Of a stretch of DNA of 64,000 bases, positions 14,394 through 27,974 are shown in pieces (the stretch's first letter is position 1; every line of letters starts with the position of its first letter). A program made the translations under genes and the position numbers. The notes below the pieces were generated by a model. The model was not told the origin of the DNA and made no database searches. It saw only the letters and a list, made by a program, of their open reading frames with translations. Origin of the DNA: the human T2T-CHM13v2.0 reference genome, Homo sapiens. The stretch lies in NCBI RefSeq assembly GCF_009914755.1, contig NC_060928.1; one strand, 5' to 3'.

Positions 14394-14740
14394 AAAATGT
14401 ATCCTGTTCACAGTTCATAAGCCATAAGTATAAAATCAAGGTCTTAACCAGGCCACTTGCTTTCCGAATGCTCTAAAGGAGAATCCTTCCTTGCTTCTTC
14501 CAGCTTCTGGTGGCTCCTGGTGTTCTTTGGCTTATGGAAGCATGACACCTATCTCTGCCTCTGTCTTCACAAGGCCCTCTTCTCTGTGTGTGTCTCTCTG
14601 TCCTCTTCTTTTCTTATAAGGACATCAGTTGCTGGATGAGTAGGCCCACCCTAAGTCTAGGATGATTTCTTCTTGAAATCCTCAACTAATTATATCTGCA
14701 AATACTCTATTTCTAAATAAGATCACATTCCAGGTTCTGA
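14332..14740 (-). mobile_element. MLT1C/MLT1B MaLR LTR
   Basis: GGTAGCTTAAAACAAC..GGAGAATCCTTCCTTGCTTCTTCCAGCTTCTGGTGGCTCC..CTTATAAGGACATCAG. Confidence 0.85.
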
Positions 14741-14769
14741 AGTTCTTATTCTGAGAAAAATGAATGGTC

Positions 14770-15500
14770 TTCTTAGTCAGGAACAACTTTGGTAGCAAGT
14801 GAGAAAAATTCAACACAAGCTAACCAAGACCAAAGGGAAATTTGGAACTCACATAAGCAAAAAGGGCTGTTTCATAAAGCAGGGGCTCAATACTGCCAAA
14901 TTGTTTCTCCTAATTTGTTGCCTATTCATCCTGGCTTATCTCTATGTCAGCTTCGTTCTCTCTCCCCATAGACAGCCTCTCCATAAGGCTGGAGACAGGG
15001 CCGCTAATATGGTTTGGCTGTGTCCCCACCCAAATCTCACTTTGAATTGTAATAATCCCCATGTGTCAAGTGTAGGGCCAGGTAGAGATAATTGAGTCAT
15101 GGGAATGGTTTCCCCCATACTGTTCTTGTGTTAGTGAATAAGTCTCATGAGAGCTGATGGTTTTATAAATAGGGGCTCCCCTGCACAAGTTCTCTTGCCT
15201 GCTGCCGTGTAAGATGTGACTTTGCACCTCATTCACCTTCCACCATGATGGTCACTGTGAGGCCTCCCCAGACATGTAGAACTGTGAGTCAATTAAACCT
15301 CTCTCCCTCATAAATTACCCCGTCTTGAGTGTGTCTTTACTAGCAGCATGAGAACAGTCTAATACACCACTGACAGCATCAGCACTCATGCCCTTCATCT
15401 ACATGCTCAGAAGAGAAAGGGGCAGGTTGCCCAGCTCCAGCACAAAAAATCTCAGGGAAGAACTGGCTATGTTGGCTTTTCCCCCTGATAAATAGCTGTG
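14770..15500 (-). mobile_element. Old MLT1 (K/L-like) LTR split by THE1
   Basis: TTAGTCAGGA..TTTGGTAGCAAGTGAGAAAAATTCAAC start; continuation after 15366. Confidence 0.5.
15005..15366 (+). mobile_element. THE1B/C solo LTR
   Basis: TAATATGGTTTGGCTGTGTCCCCACCCAAATCTC...AGCAGCATGAGAACAGTCTAATACA; flanks CCGC/CCAC. Confidence 0.93.
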
Positions 15501-15989
15501 CCACATAAATCTTTATAAAGAAAAAAAAATGTTCTCCTCAGATGGTCAAAAAGGAATAGAAAGGGTTGCACCTATTGCCAGTCTAAAGAGTCAAACAGAA
15601 ACGTGATTACTTAAAACTTTTGATAACTATTTGTAAGTTTGTAACTGTCATTATTCTAATAAAATAACAACTTAAGAATGTTTAAAGCATTGGGAAGAAA
15701 ATAAAAGGAACAATTAATTTAACTGATGGGACAATATGACAGTCATCCATCCATCTTGGAGAGAAAGGTAGAAAAGAACCTCTCTTTGGTAACTAAAGGT
15801 CACCATGAGATTTTTATTTTGAACTCTCTATGTAGGATGTGAATAGTATGGGAGTAAACACATTTTTCCATGGAAAGTCAGATGTAAATAGATTAGGATT
15901 TGCAGCCTAAAAGAATCAAAATTGGAGGTAGTATGGAGGTATTTATATAACTATCTTTAATATAGTTATTTAAAACTATAAAGAGAAAA

Positions 15990-16068
15990 AAATCCTTAGC
16001 TTACAGATCATACAAAAGCAGGTGCCAGGCTGGTTTCCTCTACAAGGCCATGGCTTGCCAACCCCTGG
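15990..16068 (+). mobile_element. MER58A-like hAT fragment
   Basis: CATACAAAAGCAGGTGCCAGGCTGG..GGCCATGGCTTGCCAACCCCTG terminus. Confidence 0.6.
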
Positions 16069-16182
16069 TGTAGGCCATCAGGCAGCAAACCTTCAAAGTC
16101 TCCCATTGAGGCATAATCTTGGTTTTCTTTAAATTTATATCCAAATAACACTAGAGATGATTAAGACTCTACCAGCCATCTT

Positions 16183-16500
16183 TTCTTTTCGTTTCCTTTT
16201 TTTTTTTTTTTTTTTTTGGAGATAGAGTCTCTTTCTGACACCCATGCTGGAGTGCAGTGTCATGATCTCTGCTCATTGCAACCTCTGCCTCCTAGGTTCA
16301 AGCGATTCTCCTGCCTCAGCCTCCTGAGTAGCTGAGATTACAGGCACCTGCCACCACATCTGGCTAATTTTTGTATTTTTAGTAGCGATGGGGTTTCACC
16401 ATGTTGGCCAGGCTGGTCTCAAACTCCTGACCTCAACTGATCCACCCATCTCGGCCTCCCCAAGTGCTCGGATTACAGGTGTGAGCCACCATGCCCAGCC
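16183..16500 (-). mobile_element. AluS (Sx/Sz-like)
   Basis: Full dimer; TSD TCTACCAGCCATCTT (16168-16182) / TCCACCAGCCATCTT (16501-16515). Confidence 0.95.
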
Positions 16501-16519
16501 TCCACCAGCCATCTTAGTT

Positions 16520-16665
16520 TGATTTTTTCATTTCACCCATAAGAAAATTAAGACCCAGGGATGTGAAGCAACCTGCCTGTGGTCCTTGGGCTCATCTAAA
16601 GCAGAACCCATACAAGAACTCAGGTTCTAACCCCGGGTTCCAGGACATTTTACTGTATACCAAGA
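16520..16665 (-). mobile_element. MIR fragment
   Basis: CATTTCACCCATAAGAAAATTAAGACCCAGGGATGTGAAGCAACCTGCC. Confidence 0.6.
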
Positions 16666-17703
16666 TGCCACTTACAGGTTCATTCATCTCAAATAACCCA
16701 AACCAGTGTACTCAACCTTAAATACTCAAGTGTCCCTGCCTAGGCTAAGCTTGATCACATAATTGGTCTCAACTCAAAGATTAATGCAAATGACATGGCA
16801 AAAGAGCCAAAAAACATGACAGTTGTGGGAAGGGAGATGTCCCATTTGTGAAGTGCACTTTATCAAGTCTGCAAGCATCTAGTGCTGCAGCTCAGGCCAC
16901 CAACCTCCCTACACCTTCACACACTGCAATGACAATACCATCAACAATGACGAATAACATTTTTGAACACTTACTCTGTGCCGAGCACTTTTGTTTCATT
17001 TTACATACATTGATTTATTGTTTTAAGATTCCAAAAGAAAAAATTCATCTTAGATTTTCTTTTACATACTTTCAGGAGACATATACAGCCTGAGCATATT
17101 AATAATGCACATAGCATGACTCAATTTATTTGTCATTATTGAGGCTGGTTTTTAAGGCTTGTAATTTATGGCTTTGACATTACACTATAAATTAAAACAG
17201 GGTGGATGTCTAATATAACTCACAGGAATGACGTTCCACCCATGAAGCACAAATGCTCAAAGACGGAAAGCAGCCAGCATGACATGTAAAACCTTATGTG
17301 TGATAACTTCTTGTGTTCCTTGGCTTGCAGCAGATTTACTTCACAATAGACATCTCTACCACCCTCTTCAGTAGGTGATTTGCTCTCATCTGCTTTGGAT
17401 TTTCAAGGCATTTCATCAAATCCCACACGTAGCACCAGAGATACTTACACTGAGACCACCATGGAAACAGAAAATATTGCGAAATGAATTTTGAAAATTT
17501 GACCTTGTTTACTTGCAGAAAAGACAAGGATGAATAAAAAGTTTATTTTGCACAATAAATAGAGAAAAGTTCAGTTTAAAGTGTCTACATAAACAAAATT
17601 ATTCTAATAATAATAAAATAAGCATTCACGTTTCTAACATCAGATGCCTAACTGCGTCTTCAGCCTGCCCTTCAGTCAATCCAGACTACTTGGGGGAATC
17701 TGG

Positions 17704-17714
17704 CAAGATGGCCG
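17704..17714 (+). promoter_or_regulatory. YY1 site of the L1 internal promoter
   Basis: CAAGATGGCCG at the canonical position near the L1 5' end. Confidence 0.75.
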
Positions 17715-18979
17715 AATAGGAACAGCTCCGGTCCACAGCAACCAGTGAGACCAGTGCAGAAGGCGGGTGATTTCTGCATTTCCAACTGAGGTACCCTGTT
17801 CATCTCAGTGGGACTAGTTAGGCAATGGGTGCAGCCCACAGAGGGCAAGCAGAAGCAGGGCACGGCATCAACTCACCTGGGAAGTGCAAGGAGCAAGGGG
17901 CCTCCCTTTCCCAGCCAAGGGAAGCCACGAGCGACTGTGCTATCCAACCCAGATACTGTGCTTTTCCCACGGTTTTTGCAATCCGCAGACCAGGAGATTC
18001 CCTTGTGTCTCTACACCACCTGGGCCCTGGGTTTCAAGCACAAAACTGGGCAGCTGTTTGGGCAGACATCAAGCTAGCTGCAGAAGGGTTTTTTAAATTA
18101 TTATTTGTACCCTAGAGATGCTTGGAACTACAGAGAGGCAGAACCATTCATTCCCCTGGAAAGGCGGCTGAAGCAAGGGAGCCCAGAAAGCTAAGAACCA
18201 CTGGCTTGAAATTCTCACTGCCAGCAGAACAGTCTGAAGTCAATCTGGAACAATAGAGCTTGGTGGAGGAAGGGACGTCCGCCATTACTGAGGCTTGAGT
18301 AGGCAGCTTTCCTCTGACAGTGCTAAGGACTGGGTGGAACTCGACACATCGCAGCAAAGTGGATGTGGCCAGACTGCCTCTCTAGATTCCTCTTCACTGG
18401 GCAGGGCATCTCTGAAAGAAAGGCAGCAGCCCCAGTCAGGGGCTTATAGATAAAGCCCCTGGGACAGAGCACCTGGTGGAAGGGGTGGCTGTGGGCACAA
18501 CTTCAGTGAACTTAAATATTCCTGCCTGCTGGCTCTGAAGGGAGCAGTGGATCCTGACAAAGAGGGTTCTCCCAGCACTGTGTTCGAGCTCTGCTAAGGG
18601 GCAGATTGCCTCTTCAAGTGGGTCCCTGACCCCTGTGCCTCTTGACTGGAAGGAACCTCCAACAGGAGTTGACAGACACCTCATACAGAAGAGCTCTGGC
18701 TGGCATCAGGCCGGCACCCCTCTGGGATGAAGCTTCCAGAGGAAGGACCAGGCAGCAATATTTGCTGTTCTGCAGGTTCCACTGGACAAAAAAGCAGATA
18801 GGGTCTGGAATGGACCTCCAGCAAACTTCAGCAGACCTACAGAAGAGGGGCCTGACTGTTAGAAGAAAAATTAACAAACAGAAAGGAATAACATCAACAT
18901 CAACAAAAAGGAACCCCATACAAAATCCTCATCCAAAGATCATCAGCCTCAAAGATCAAAGGTAGAGAAATCCAAGAAG

Positions 18980-20005
18980 ATGGGGGGAAAAAAAACAGCC
19001 CAAAAATGGCTAAAAATTCCAAAAACCAGAATGCCTCTTCTCCTCCAAATGATTGCAACTCCTCTCCAGCAAGGGCACAAAACTGGACAGAGAATCAGTG
19101 TGATGAACTAACAGAAGTAGGCCTCAGAAGGTGGGTAATAACAAACTCCTCTGAGCTAAAGGAGCATGTTCTAACCCAATGCAAGGAAGCTAAGAACCAT
19201 GACAAAAGGTTACAGGAAGTGCTAACTAGAATAACCAGTTTAGAGAACAATATAAATGACCTGATGGAGTTGAAAAACAAAGCACGAGAACTTTGTGAAG
19301 CATACACAGGTATCAATAGCTGAATCGATCATCAAAAAAAGGATATCACAGATTGAAAATCAACTTAATGAAATGATTAAGACAAGATTAGGGAAAAAAG
19401 GATGAAAAGGAATGAACAAAGCCTCCAAGAAAGATGGGACTATGTGAAAAGACCAAACCTATGATTGATTGGGGTCCCTAAAAGTGACAGAGAGAATGGA
19501 ATCAAGTCGGAAAACACACCTCAGGATATTATCCAGGAGAACTTCTCCAACCTAGCAAGACAGGCCAACATTCAAATTCAGGAAATACAGAGAACACCAC
19601 TGAGATACTCCTCGAGAAGAGTAACCCCAAGACACATAATCTTCAGATTCTCCAAGGTTGAAACGAAGGAAAAAAATGTTAAGGGCAGCCAGAGAGAAAG
19701 GTCAGGTTATCTACAAAGGGAAGCCCATCAGACTAACAGCGAATCTCTCTGCAGAAGTCCTACAAGCCAAAAGAGAGTGGGGGTCAATATTCAACATTCT
19801 TAAATAAAAGAATTTTCAACCCAGAATTTCATATCCAGCCAAACTAAGTTTCATAAGTGAAGGAGAAATAAAATCCTTCACAGACAAGCAAATGTTGAGG
19901 GATTTTGTCACCACCAGGCCTGCCTTACAAGAGTGCCTGAAGAAAGCACTAAATATGGAAAGGAAAAACCAGTAACAGCCACTGGAAAAACACACTAAAA
20001 TGTAA
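18980..20005 (+). pseudogene. L1 ORF1p (RNA-binding chaperone), disrupted
   Basis: Fragments KNSKNQNASSPP..AQNWTEN and DIIQENFSNLARQANIQIQEIQRTP; frameshifts and stops. Confidence 0.92.
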
Positions 20006-20068
20006 AGACCAACGATACTATGAAGAAACCACATGAATGAATGTGCAAAATAAATAGCTAGTATCATG

Positions 20069-23000
20069 ATGGCAGTATCAGAATCACAAATAACAGTATT
20101 AACCTTAAATATAAATGGGCTAAATGCCCTAATTAAAGGACACAGACTGGCAAATTGTATAAAGAGTCAAAACTAATCGGTGTGCTGTATTCAGGAGACC
20201 CATCTCACGTGCAAAGACACACATAGGCTCAAAATAAAGGGATGAAGGAATATTTACCAAGCAAATGGAAAGCGAAAAAAAAAAAAAGCAGGAGTTGCAA
20301 CCCTGGTTTTAGATAAAACAGACTTTAAACCAACAAAGATCAAAAAAGACAAAAAGAGTGTTACATAATGGTAAAGGGATCAATGCAACAAGAAGAGCTA
20401 ACTATCCTAAATATATATGCATCAATACAGGATGATCCAGATTCATAAAACAAGTTCTTAGAGACCTACGAAAAGACTTAGTCTCCCACACAAAAATAGT
20501 GGCAGACTTCAACATCCCACTGTCAGTGTTAGACAGATCAATGAGACAGAAAGTTAAAAAGGATATTCAGGACTCGAACTAAGCTCTGAACCAAGCGAAC
20601 CTAGCAGATATCTACAGAACTCTCCACCCCAAATCAACAGAATATACATTCTGCTTAGCACCACATAGCACTTATTCTAAAATCAACCACATAATTGGAA
20701 GTAAAACACTCCTCAGCAAATGCAAAAGAACGGAAATTATAACAAACAGCCTCTCAGATCACAGTACAATCAAATTAGAACTAAGGATTAAGAAACTCAC
20801 TCGAAAGAGCACAACTGCATGGAAACTGGACAATCTGCTCCTGAATGACTACTGGGTAAATAAGGAAATTAAGGCAGAAATAGCAAAGTTATTTGAAACT
20901 AATGAGAACAGAGGCATAATGTACCAGAATCTCTGGGACACAGCTAATGCAATGTTTAGAGGGAAATTTATAGCACTAAATGCCCATATCAGAAAGTGGG
21001 AAAGATGTAAAATCGACACCCTAACATCACAATTAAAAGAACTAGAGAAGCAAGAGCAAACACATTGAAAAGCTAGCAGAAGACAAGAAATAACTAAGAT
21101 CACAGCAGAGCTGAATGAGATAGAGACACGACAAATAATTTAAAAAAAAATCAATGAATCCAGGAGCTGGTTTTTTGAAAAAATTAACATATACATTGAC
21201 TGCTAGCCAGACTAATAAAGAAAAGAGAAAAGAATCAAATAGACACAATAAAAAAAATGATAAAGGGGATATCACCACTGATCCCACAGAAATACAAACT
21301 ACCATCAGAGAATATTATAAACTATGCAAATAAACTAGAAAATCTAGAAGAAATGGATAAATTCCTGGACACATACACCCTGCCAAGACTAAACCAGGAA
21401 GGAGTCAAATCCCTCAGTAGACCAATAACAAGTTCTAAAATTGAGGCAGTAATTAACAGCCTACCAACCAAAAAAAGACCAGGACAAGACGGATTCACAG
21501 CCGAATTCTATTACAGGTATGAAGAGGAGCTGGTACCATTCCATCTGAAATTATTCAAAACAATAGAAAAGGAGGGACTCCACTCTAACTCATTTTATGA
21601 GGTCAGCATCATCCTGATTCCAAAACCTGGCAGAAACACAACAAAAAAAGAAAATTTCAGGCCAATATCCCTGAGGAACATCGATGTGAAAATCCTCAAT
21701 AAAATACTGTCAAACTGAATCCAGCAGCATATCAAAAAGCTTGTCCACCACGATCAAGTCAGCTTCATCCCTGGGATGCAAGGATGGTTGAACATATTCA
21801 AATCAATAAACGTAATACATCACATAAACAGAACCAATGACAAAAACCACATGATTACCTCAATAGATGCAGAAAAGGCCTTTGACAAAATTCAACACCC
21901 CTTTATGCTAAAAACTCTCAATAAACTAGGTATTGATGGAACATATCGGAAAATAAAAACAGCTATTTATGACAAACACATAGCCAATATCATACTGAAT
22001 GGGCAAGAGCTGGAAGCATTCCCTTTGAAAACCGGCACAAGATAAGGATGCCCTCTCTCACCACTCCTATTCAACATAGTATTGGAAGTTCTGGCCAGAA
22101 CAATCAGACAAGAGAAAGAAATAAAGGCATTCAAATAGGAAGAGAGGAGGTCAAATGTCTCTGTTTGCAAATGACATGACTGTATATTTAGAAAATGCCA
22201 TTATCTCACCCCAAAAACTCCTTAAGCTATAAACAACTTCAGCAAAGTCTCAGGATACGAAATCAATATGTAAAAATCACAAGCATTCCTATATACCAAT
22301 AACTGACAAACAGAGAGCCAAATCATGAGTGAACTCCCATTCACAATTGCTACAAAGAAAATAAAACACCTAGGAATACAACTTACAAGGGATATGAAGG
22401 ACCTCTTCAAGGAGAACTACAAACCACTGCTCGAGGAAATAAGAGAGGACACAAACAAATTGAAAAACATTCCATGCTCATGGATAGGAAGAATCAATAT
22501 CATGAAAATGGCCATAGTGCCCAAAGTAATTTATAGATTCAATGCTATTCTCATCCACCATTGACTTTCTTCACAGAACTACTTTAAGTTTCATTTAAAA
22601 AAGGCCGTATATTGTGATAAAAGATAATCCTAAGCAAAAAGAATAAAGCTGGAGGCATCACACTGCCTGACTTCAAACTATTATTACAAGGCTACAGTAA
22701 GCAAAACAGCATGATACTTGTACCAAAATAGATATATAGACCAATGGAACAGAACAGAGACCTCAGAAATAACACCACACATCTACAACCATCTGATCTT
22801 TGACAAACCTGACAGAAACAAGCAATGGGGAAATATTCCCTATTTAATAAATGGTGCTGAGAACACTGGCTAGCCATACACAGAAAACTGAAACTGGACC
22901 CCTTCCTTGCACTTTATACAAAAATTAACTCAAGATAAATTAAAGACTTAAATGTAAAACCTAAAGCCATAGAAACCCTAGAAGAAAACCTAGGCAATAC

Positions 23001-23870
23001 CATTCAGGACATAGACATGGACAAAGAATTCATGACTAAAACACCAAAAGCAATGGCAACAAAAGCCAATATTGACAAATGGCATCTAATTAAACTAAAG
23101 AGCTTCTGCTCAGCAAAAGAAACTATCATCAGAGTAAACAGGCAACCTACAGAATGGGAGAAAATTTTTGCAATCTATCCATCTGACAAAGGTCTAATAT
23201 CCAGAATCTACAAGGAACTTAAACAAATTTACAAGAAAAAAAAAACAGCCCCATCAAAAAGTAGGCAAAGGATATAACAGACACTTCTCAAGACATTTAT
23301 GTGGCCAAGAAACATATGAAAAAAAAACCTGATCATCACTGTCATTAGAGAAATGCAAATCAAAACCACAATGAGATACTATCTTACACCAGTTAGAATG
23401 GCGATTATCAAAAAGTCAGGAAACAACAGATGCTAGCAAAAATGCAGAGAAATAGGAATGCTTGTACACTGTTAGTGGGAGCATAAATTAGTTCAACCAT
23501 TGTGGAAGACAGTGTGGCAATTCCTCAAGGATCTATAACCAGAAATATCATTTGACCCAGCAATCCCATTACTGGGTATACACCCAAAGAATTATAAATC
23601 ATTCTCTTATAAAGACACATGCATATGTATGTTTATTGGAGCACTATTTACAATATCAAAACTTGGAACCAACCCAAATGCCCATCAATGATAGACTGGA
23701 TAAAGAAAATGTGGCATATATGCACCATGGAATAATATGCAGTCATAAAAAAAGATGAGTTCATGTCCTTTGCAGGGACATGGATGAAGCTGGAAACCAT
23801 CATCCTCAGCAAGCTAACACAGGAACAGAAAATCAAACACCACATGTTCTCACCCATAAGTGGGAGTTGA
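20069..23870 (+). pseudogene. L1 ORF2p (endonuclease/reverse transcriptase), disrupted
   Basis: Fragments [46 protein letters not shown]; many stops; catalytic FADD reads FAND (AAT at 22170-22172). Confidence 0.93.
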
Positions 23871-24322
23871 ACAATGAGAACACATGGACACAGGGAGGGG
23901 AACATCACACACCCAGGCCTGTTGTGGGGTGGGTTGCTAGGGGAGGGAGAGCATTAGGACAAATACCTAATGCATGTGGGACTTAAAACCTAAATGATGA
24001 GTTGATAGGTGCAGCAAACCCCATGGCTCATGTATACCTACGTACCAAACCTGCATGTTCAGCACATGTATCCCAGAACTTAAAGTAAAATTAAAAAATA
24101 AAAATAAATCCAGGCTACTTTCTCCTCTCCTTATGTCTCCATATTTTCTAGCCTTTATCTCTTCCCTCAAGGGCTTCAATACTCATCTCAGATGATGCTG
24201 GCTCACATTAGTAGTGTGAGTGATGGAGGCATGTCTCCAAAGGATCATATGTCATTAGAAAAATTTCCCCAGACTCGGGGAACGGTCAGGAAAGCTCCCA
24301 ACTTAGAATCATTAGTCCACAT

Positions 24323-24494
24323 CATTGCTTCTCAACTCTGCCTGCACAAGAGGATAACCTGAAGAGTTGAAAAAAATAAATTAGCACCCAGTCCCAAACC
24401 CAGATCCATTGACTAAGAATCTTAAAGGTGATACAAGGGCACTGCTGGATTTTAAGAGCTTGGCAGGTGATTCAATCAGGTTTGAGAACCGCTG
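24323..24494. mobile_element. MER5-family hAT MITE
   Basis: GCTTCTCAAC..CAGGTGATTC..GGTTTGAGAACCGCTG termini. Confidence 0.7.
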
Positions 24495-24567
24495 ACGTAA
24501 ATTCTAAATGCTACCTTATCCCCTAAGACCTCAGCTCTCTTAAACCCCCATTAATAAATACTGCTCT

Positions 24568-24626
24568 ACAGTATCTCCTCTGAAGTTCTGGGATCAGATG
24601 TGTTTCAGAATTCAGATTTTTTTTTT

Positions 24627-24668
<42 letters not shown>

Positions 24669-24884
24669 ATATGTAATACCCTTAGAAGAGTCTAGGGCAG
24701 CACCCCATAATCAAACATTAACCTTCTGCAGTGAAACAAACATCCATACTAAATGGAATCGATTAAGACTATAAATAGCCTTATCTTAGTTGAGGTCGGT
24801 TTTTATTTCCAAATGAGGTAAGAAACATTTTTCCTCTTCATAGATTTGGAATTTTGGAATTGTAGGTAATAGATTGCAGATCTG
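24568..24884. mobile_element. MER46C TcMar-Tigger MITE
   Basis: CAGATGTGTTTCAGAATTCAG..GGGCAGCACCCCATAATCAAAC..AAGACTATAAATAGCC. Confidence 0.75.
24630..24665. repeat. (TG)18 microsatellite
   Basis: Perfect TG run. Confidence 0.98.
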
Positions 24885-25036
24885 GGCTAACAAAGTAGCT
24901 CCCTTACCCAAAATACATTTATTTATCACAAAGATGATCTCTTTCTCGACAAGCTTACAATCTAATTGGGGGAATGGGGTAACAGGTATGTAAGCAGTCA
25001 ATTATAATCAGGCCAACTTTTCTAAAAGCATGCTTA

Positions 25037-25150
25037 GTGTAATGCTTCTCCATCCTTGCTGCATGTAAAAATCAACCTGGAACTTGTAAAAATATTAATG
25101 CCACAGCCACACCCCAGAGATAATTAAATCAAATTTGGGAGCGTAGGCAC
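25037..25150. mobile_element. MER5-family fragment
   Basis: GCTTCTCCATCCTTGCTGCATG..AATCAACCTGG..CACACCCCAGAG. Confidence 0.55.
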
Positions 25151-25187
25151 ATTTAAGCTTGAATAGTAAAATTAAAAATAGTTATGA

Positions 25188-25511
25188 GGCCAGGAGCAGT
25201 GGCTCACGCCTGTAATCCCAGCACTTTGGGTGGCCAAGGTGGACAGATCATGAGGTCAGGAGTTCAAGACGAGCCTGGCCAATATGATGAAAGCCTGTCT
25301 TTACTAAAAAATACAAAAATTAGCCAAGCGTGGTGGTGCATGCCTGTAGTCCCAGCTACTCAGGAGGCTGAGGCACAAGAATCGCCTGAGCTGGGAGGCG
25401 CCTGAACTGGGGAGGCAGATGTTGCAGTGAGCCGAGATGGCACCACTGCACTCCAGCCTGGGTGACAGAGTGAGACTCCATCTCAAAAAATAAAAAATAA
25501 AATAAAATAAA
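25188..25511 (+). mobile_element. AluS (Sg-like)
   Basis: GATCATGAGGTCAGGAGTTCAAGAC; (AAAAT)n tail; flanks AAAATAGTTATGA / AAAATAAATTATGA. Confidence 0.94.
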
Positions 25512-25849
25512 ATAAATTATGAAAAACCTATCATTAGAAGAAAGCAAGTAGATTGATGCTCTATTGCTGAATATAAGTGAATGTGGTTTTGAAACTTGAA
25601 GTCTTTGGAGTTTGGACAGTTGGAAAGAAACTCAAGATAAAGGAGAAAGCTATTGAGAGATATGAAACAAAGATGAGACATACTAGAAAAGGAGATATTT
25701 GGTTTTGCTGAAAAAAAATTAATGTGCTTTTCTTTTAACCAGTGCTTTTCAGTCAGTTGGGGGATAGAAGATGGCAATGAAGAGCTTGAAGAAGTTTCTT
25801 GGCTTATTCTCCTATATCACCCTCTATTCTTATACCCATATTCCCAACA

Positions 25850-26100
25850 CCAATTGAAAACAACATCTCTTAATCTTCTGCTGTAATGTGGCAATTCATC
25901 GTATGTCATTGTGTAACATCTCATTAATTTTTGTAGCTGTAATTTAGGTTTTTTGCTATGAATTAGATTGTTGCATATTTATGCCTTATTTTTCCTAACT
26001 AGATTATAAACTAGAGAACAGAGATTTTTAAATTAATTTCCTATATTTCCCCGCAGTACTTACTCCTATGTCTTACATAATTCAGATTTTCAATAATATG
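25850..26100 (+). mobile_element. Degenerate L2 tail
   Basis: CTAACTAGATTATAAACTAGAGAACAGAGA..TTTTCAATAATATG. Confidence 0.45.
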
Positions 26101-27974
26101 ATTTTATTTTATACCCAAACCATGGACCTCCACTGAGGCTGAAAAGGCTGGAAACAAGATAAATCAAAGAAAGTAAGACACACATGAATGGCTATTTTTC
26201 CATATCTCAAATTTTGAATGCTCACCCTTGACCTAAACAATGGAGTGAAAAATATAAAACCCAAACGTGAACAGAAGTAGTATATATAAACCACTTAGCA
26301 AAAACAGAAAGCTAATTAATAGGCAGATGCATCTTTTCAATGATCATTCTGAATCCAGATGACCTATCTATTCAGTGGTTTCAAAGGTAACTGAATAAAC
26401 AATCCCTAAGAAATGGGGAAGAAACTTTAACTAAGAGAACATCTTAATTAGACTAACTGCAAGCAAAAAGAGGAAATATCAGCTCAGCACACAAAACTGA
26501 GAAACATAAGTACAGATAAGTACAGATTGATAACAATGAAATGACACTTCAAAAAGATAATATAAACAATATTAGCCTTTATCCTCTTTTTTAAATCACA
26601 TGAAAGCACTCAGCACAGTGAGAAACGTGTTGGGCAATGTTTAGGGGTATGCACAGAAAGAAAAATCTATATGGCTGCACCACACTAGTAGCTGTAAGTC
26701 TCTCTGGAGAAAAGGCTAGAATTGGTGAAGGAGGACTGTCTCAAGATTTAGTCAGACAAGTAGACCACTAGAGAAAGAATAAAGTATATATAGAAAATTT
26801 CTACATATATATACATACACAAACACATATATGAATTTTATTTTTACAAGAATATTACCTGGCAGTTGCGAATGAAAGATGGCTGAAAGATGGGGAACAG
26901 CAAAAACATTCTGGAATCTACAGATACAGCCAGAAGCAGAAACATAAAGGAGAGCAAATTCTGGGAAATGTAATCTAGCCTAATCGCATTACAAATGTGA
27001 CACATTACAAAGCCTCCACAGGGGCTTTAATTTATATTATTAAATAAATTTTTGGAGGGAAAAGTTATTTTAAAAACTCAAAATGACTTTTTTAGAGTTT
27101 TTAAAAATAAATCAAATCTAAACCATTATACTATGTCATATAAACAAAAAATCAATTATTTTTAAGGCTATTATGACACTGGTAACATTCACGCTAATGA
27201 TTTATGTAAACAATCAAAAGCAAAATATATACAAGCTGGATGCTTTGAGAATATCTGAAGAATCGAGTGAGTTTTCTCAGCCGAGGGATGGTGTAATAGT
27301 GGCATGCCCTTTACAATGTCCAGTATTCTTACATAGTCAAGGATGAGGTTCTATGCGTCTTGCACAGATGCAAAAGTTCTGAAGTGTAACATTAAACATA
27401 ACATCTTTTTCCCCTTAATTAACCAGAGAGAATTCTCAACATTCAGCAAACTGCTCATCGCATTTTTGCTAGATTCCTTTTCTACTAATTCTATTCTTTT
27501 AAGTCATAAACTTCTTAAAGTAAATGAAAGTAAAAAAATAGCAATTGTCAAAAAGGGAGAGACCCTATGTTTCCTCCAGCCATTTTCTATAAAATATCAG
27601 CTTTTTGTGGAACTTGAAATAAAATATTGGCATATCTGAAAACCTTACTTAATTGTGACCTTGATAATATGGTGTTTCATGCAACCCAAATAAATGTTCA
27701 GACTGCATTAAGGTGGGGCAGTAGGAAAAACAACTCCAATAATGAGATGTTACTGTAGCTCTAGGAATCATAAGTCTCTTGTACATTTGTATAGCACTGA
27801 CATACCAGCCTGAAGAACTTTGAAAATGAGGTTTTCCAAGCCGTGGATCAGCACACATTGGCTTTTGCCAAGTTGTAAAGTGTTGATCTAATTCTTTACA
27901 TTTAAGCCTGTCCACCTTATGGCTGACAGCCAATGAAATCAGGCCACGGGCCTTCCATTCATGGAGCTTTAGCC

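Larger units (their letters stand above)
17692..24106 (+). mobile_element. Full-length LINE-1, L1PA7/L1PA8
   Basis: 5' GGGGGAATCTGGCAAGATGGCCGAATAGGAACAGCTCCGGTC; about 1.29-kb 5'UTR, ORF1, ORF2, 3'UTR, A-rich tail; 14-bp TSD AATCCAGACTACTT (17678-17691) / AATCCAGGCTACTT (24107-24120). Confidence 0.97.

Noticed and set aside
18642-18965. 107-aa sense ORF and antisense ORFs (possible ORF0) in the L1 5'UTR
   Set aside because: Ordinary open stretches of L1PA 5'UTR; I could not match them to ORF0
26509-26528. 10-bp tandem repeat AAGTACAGAT x2
   Set aside because: Common slippage-scale duplication with no further structure
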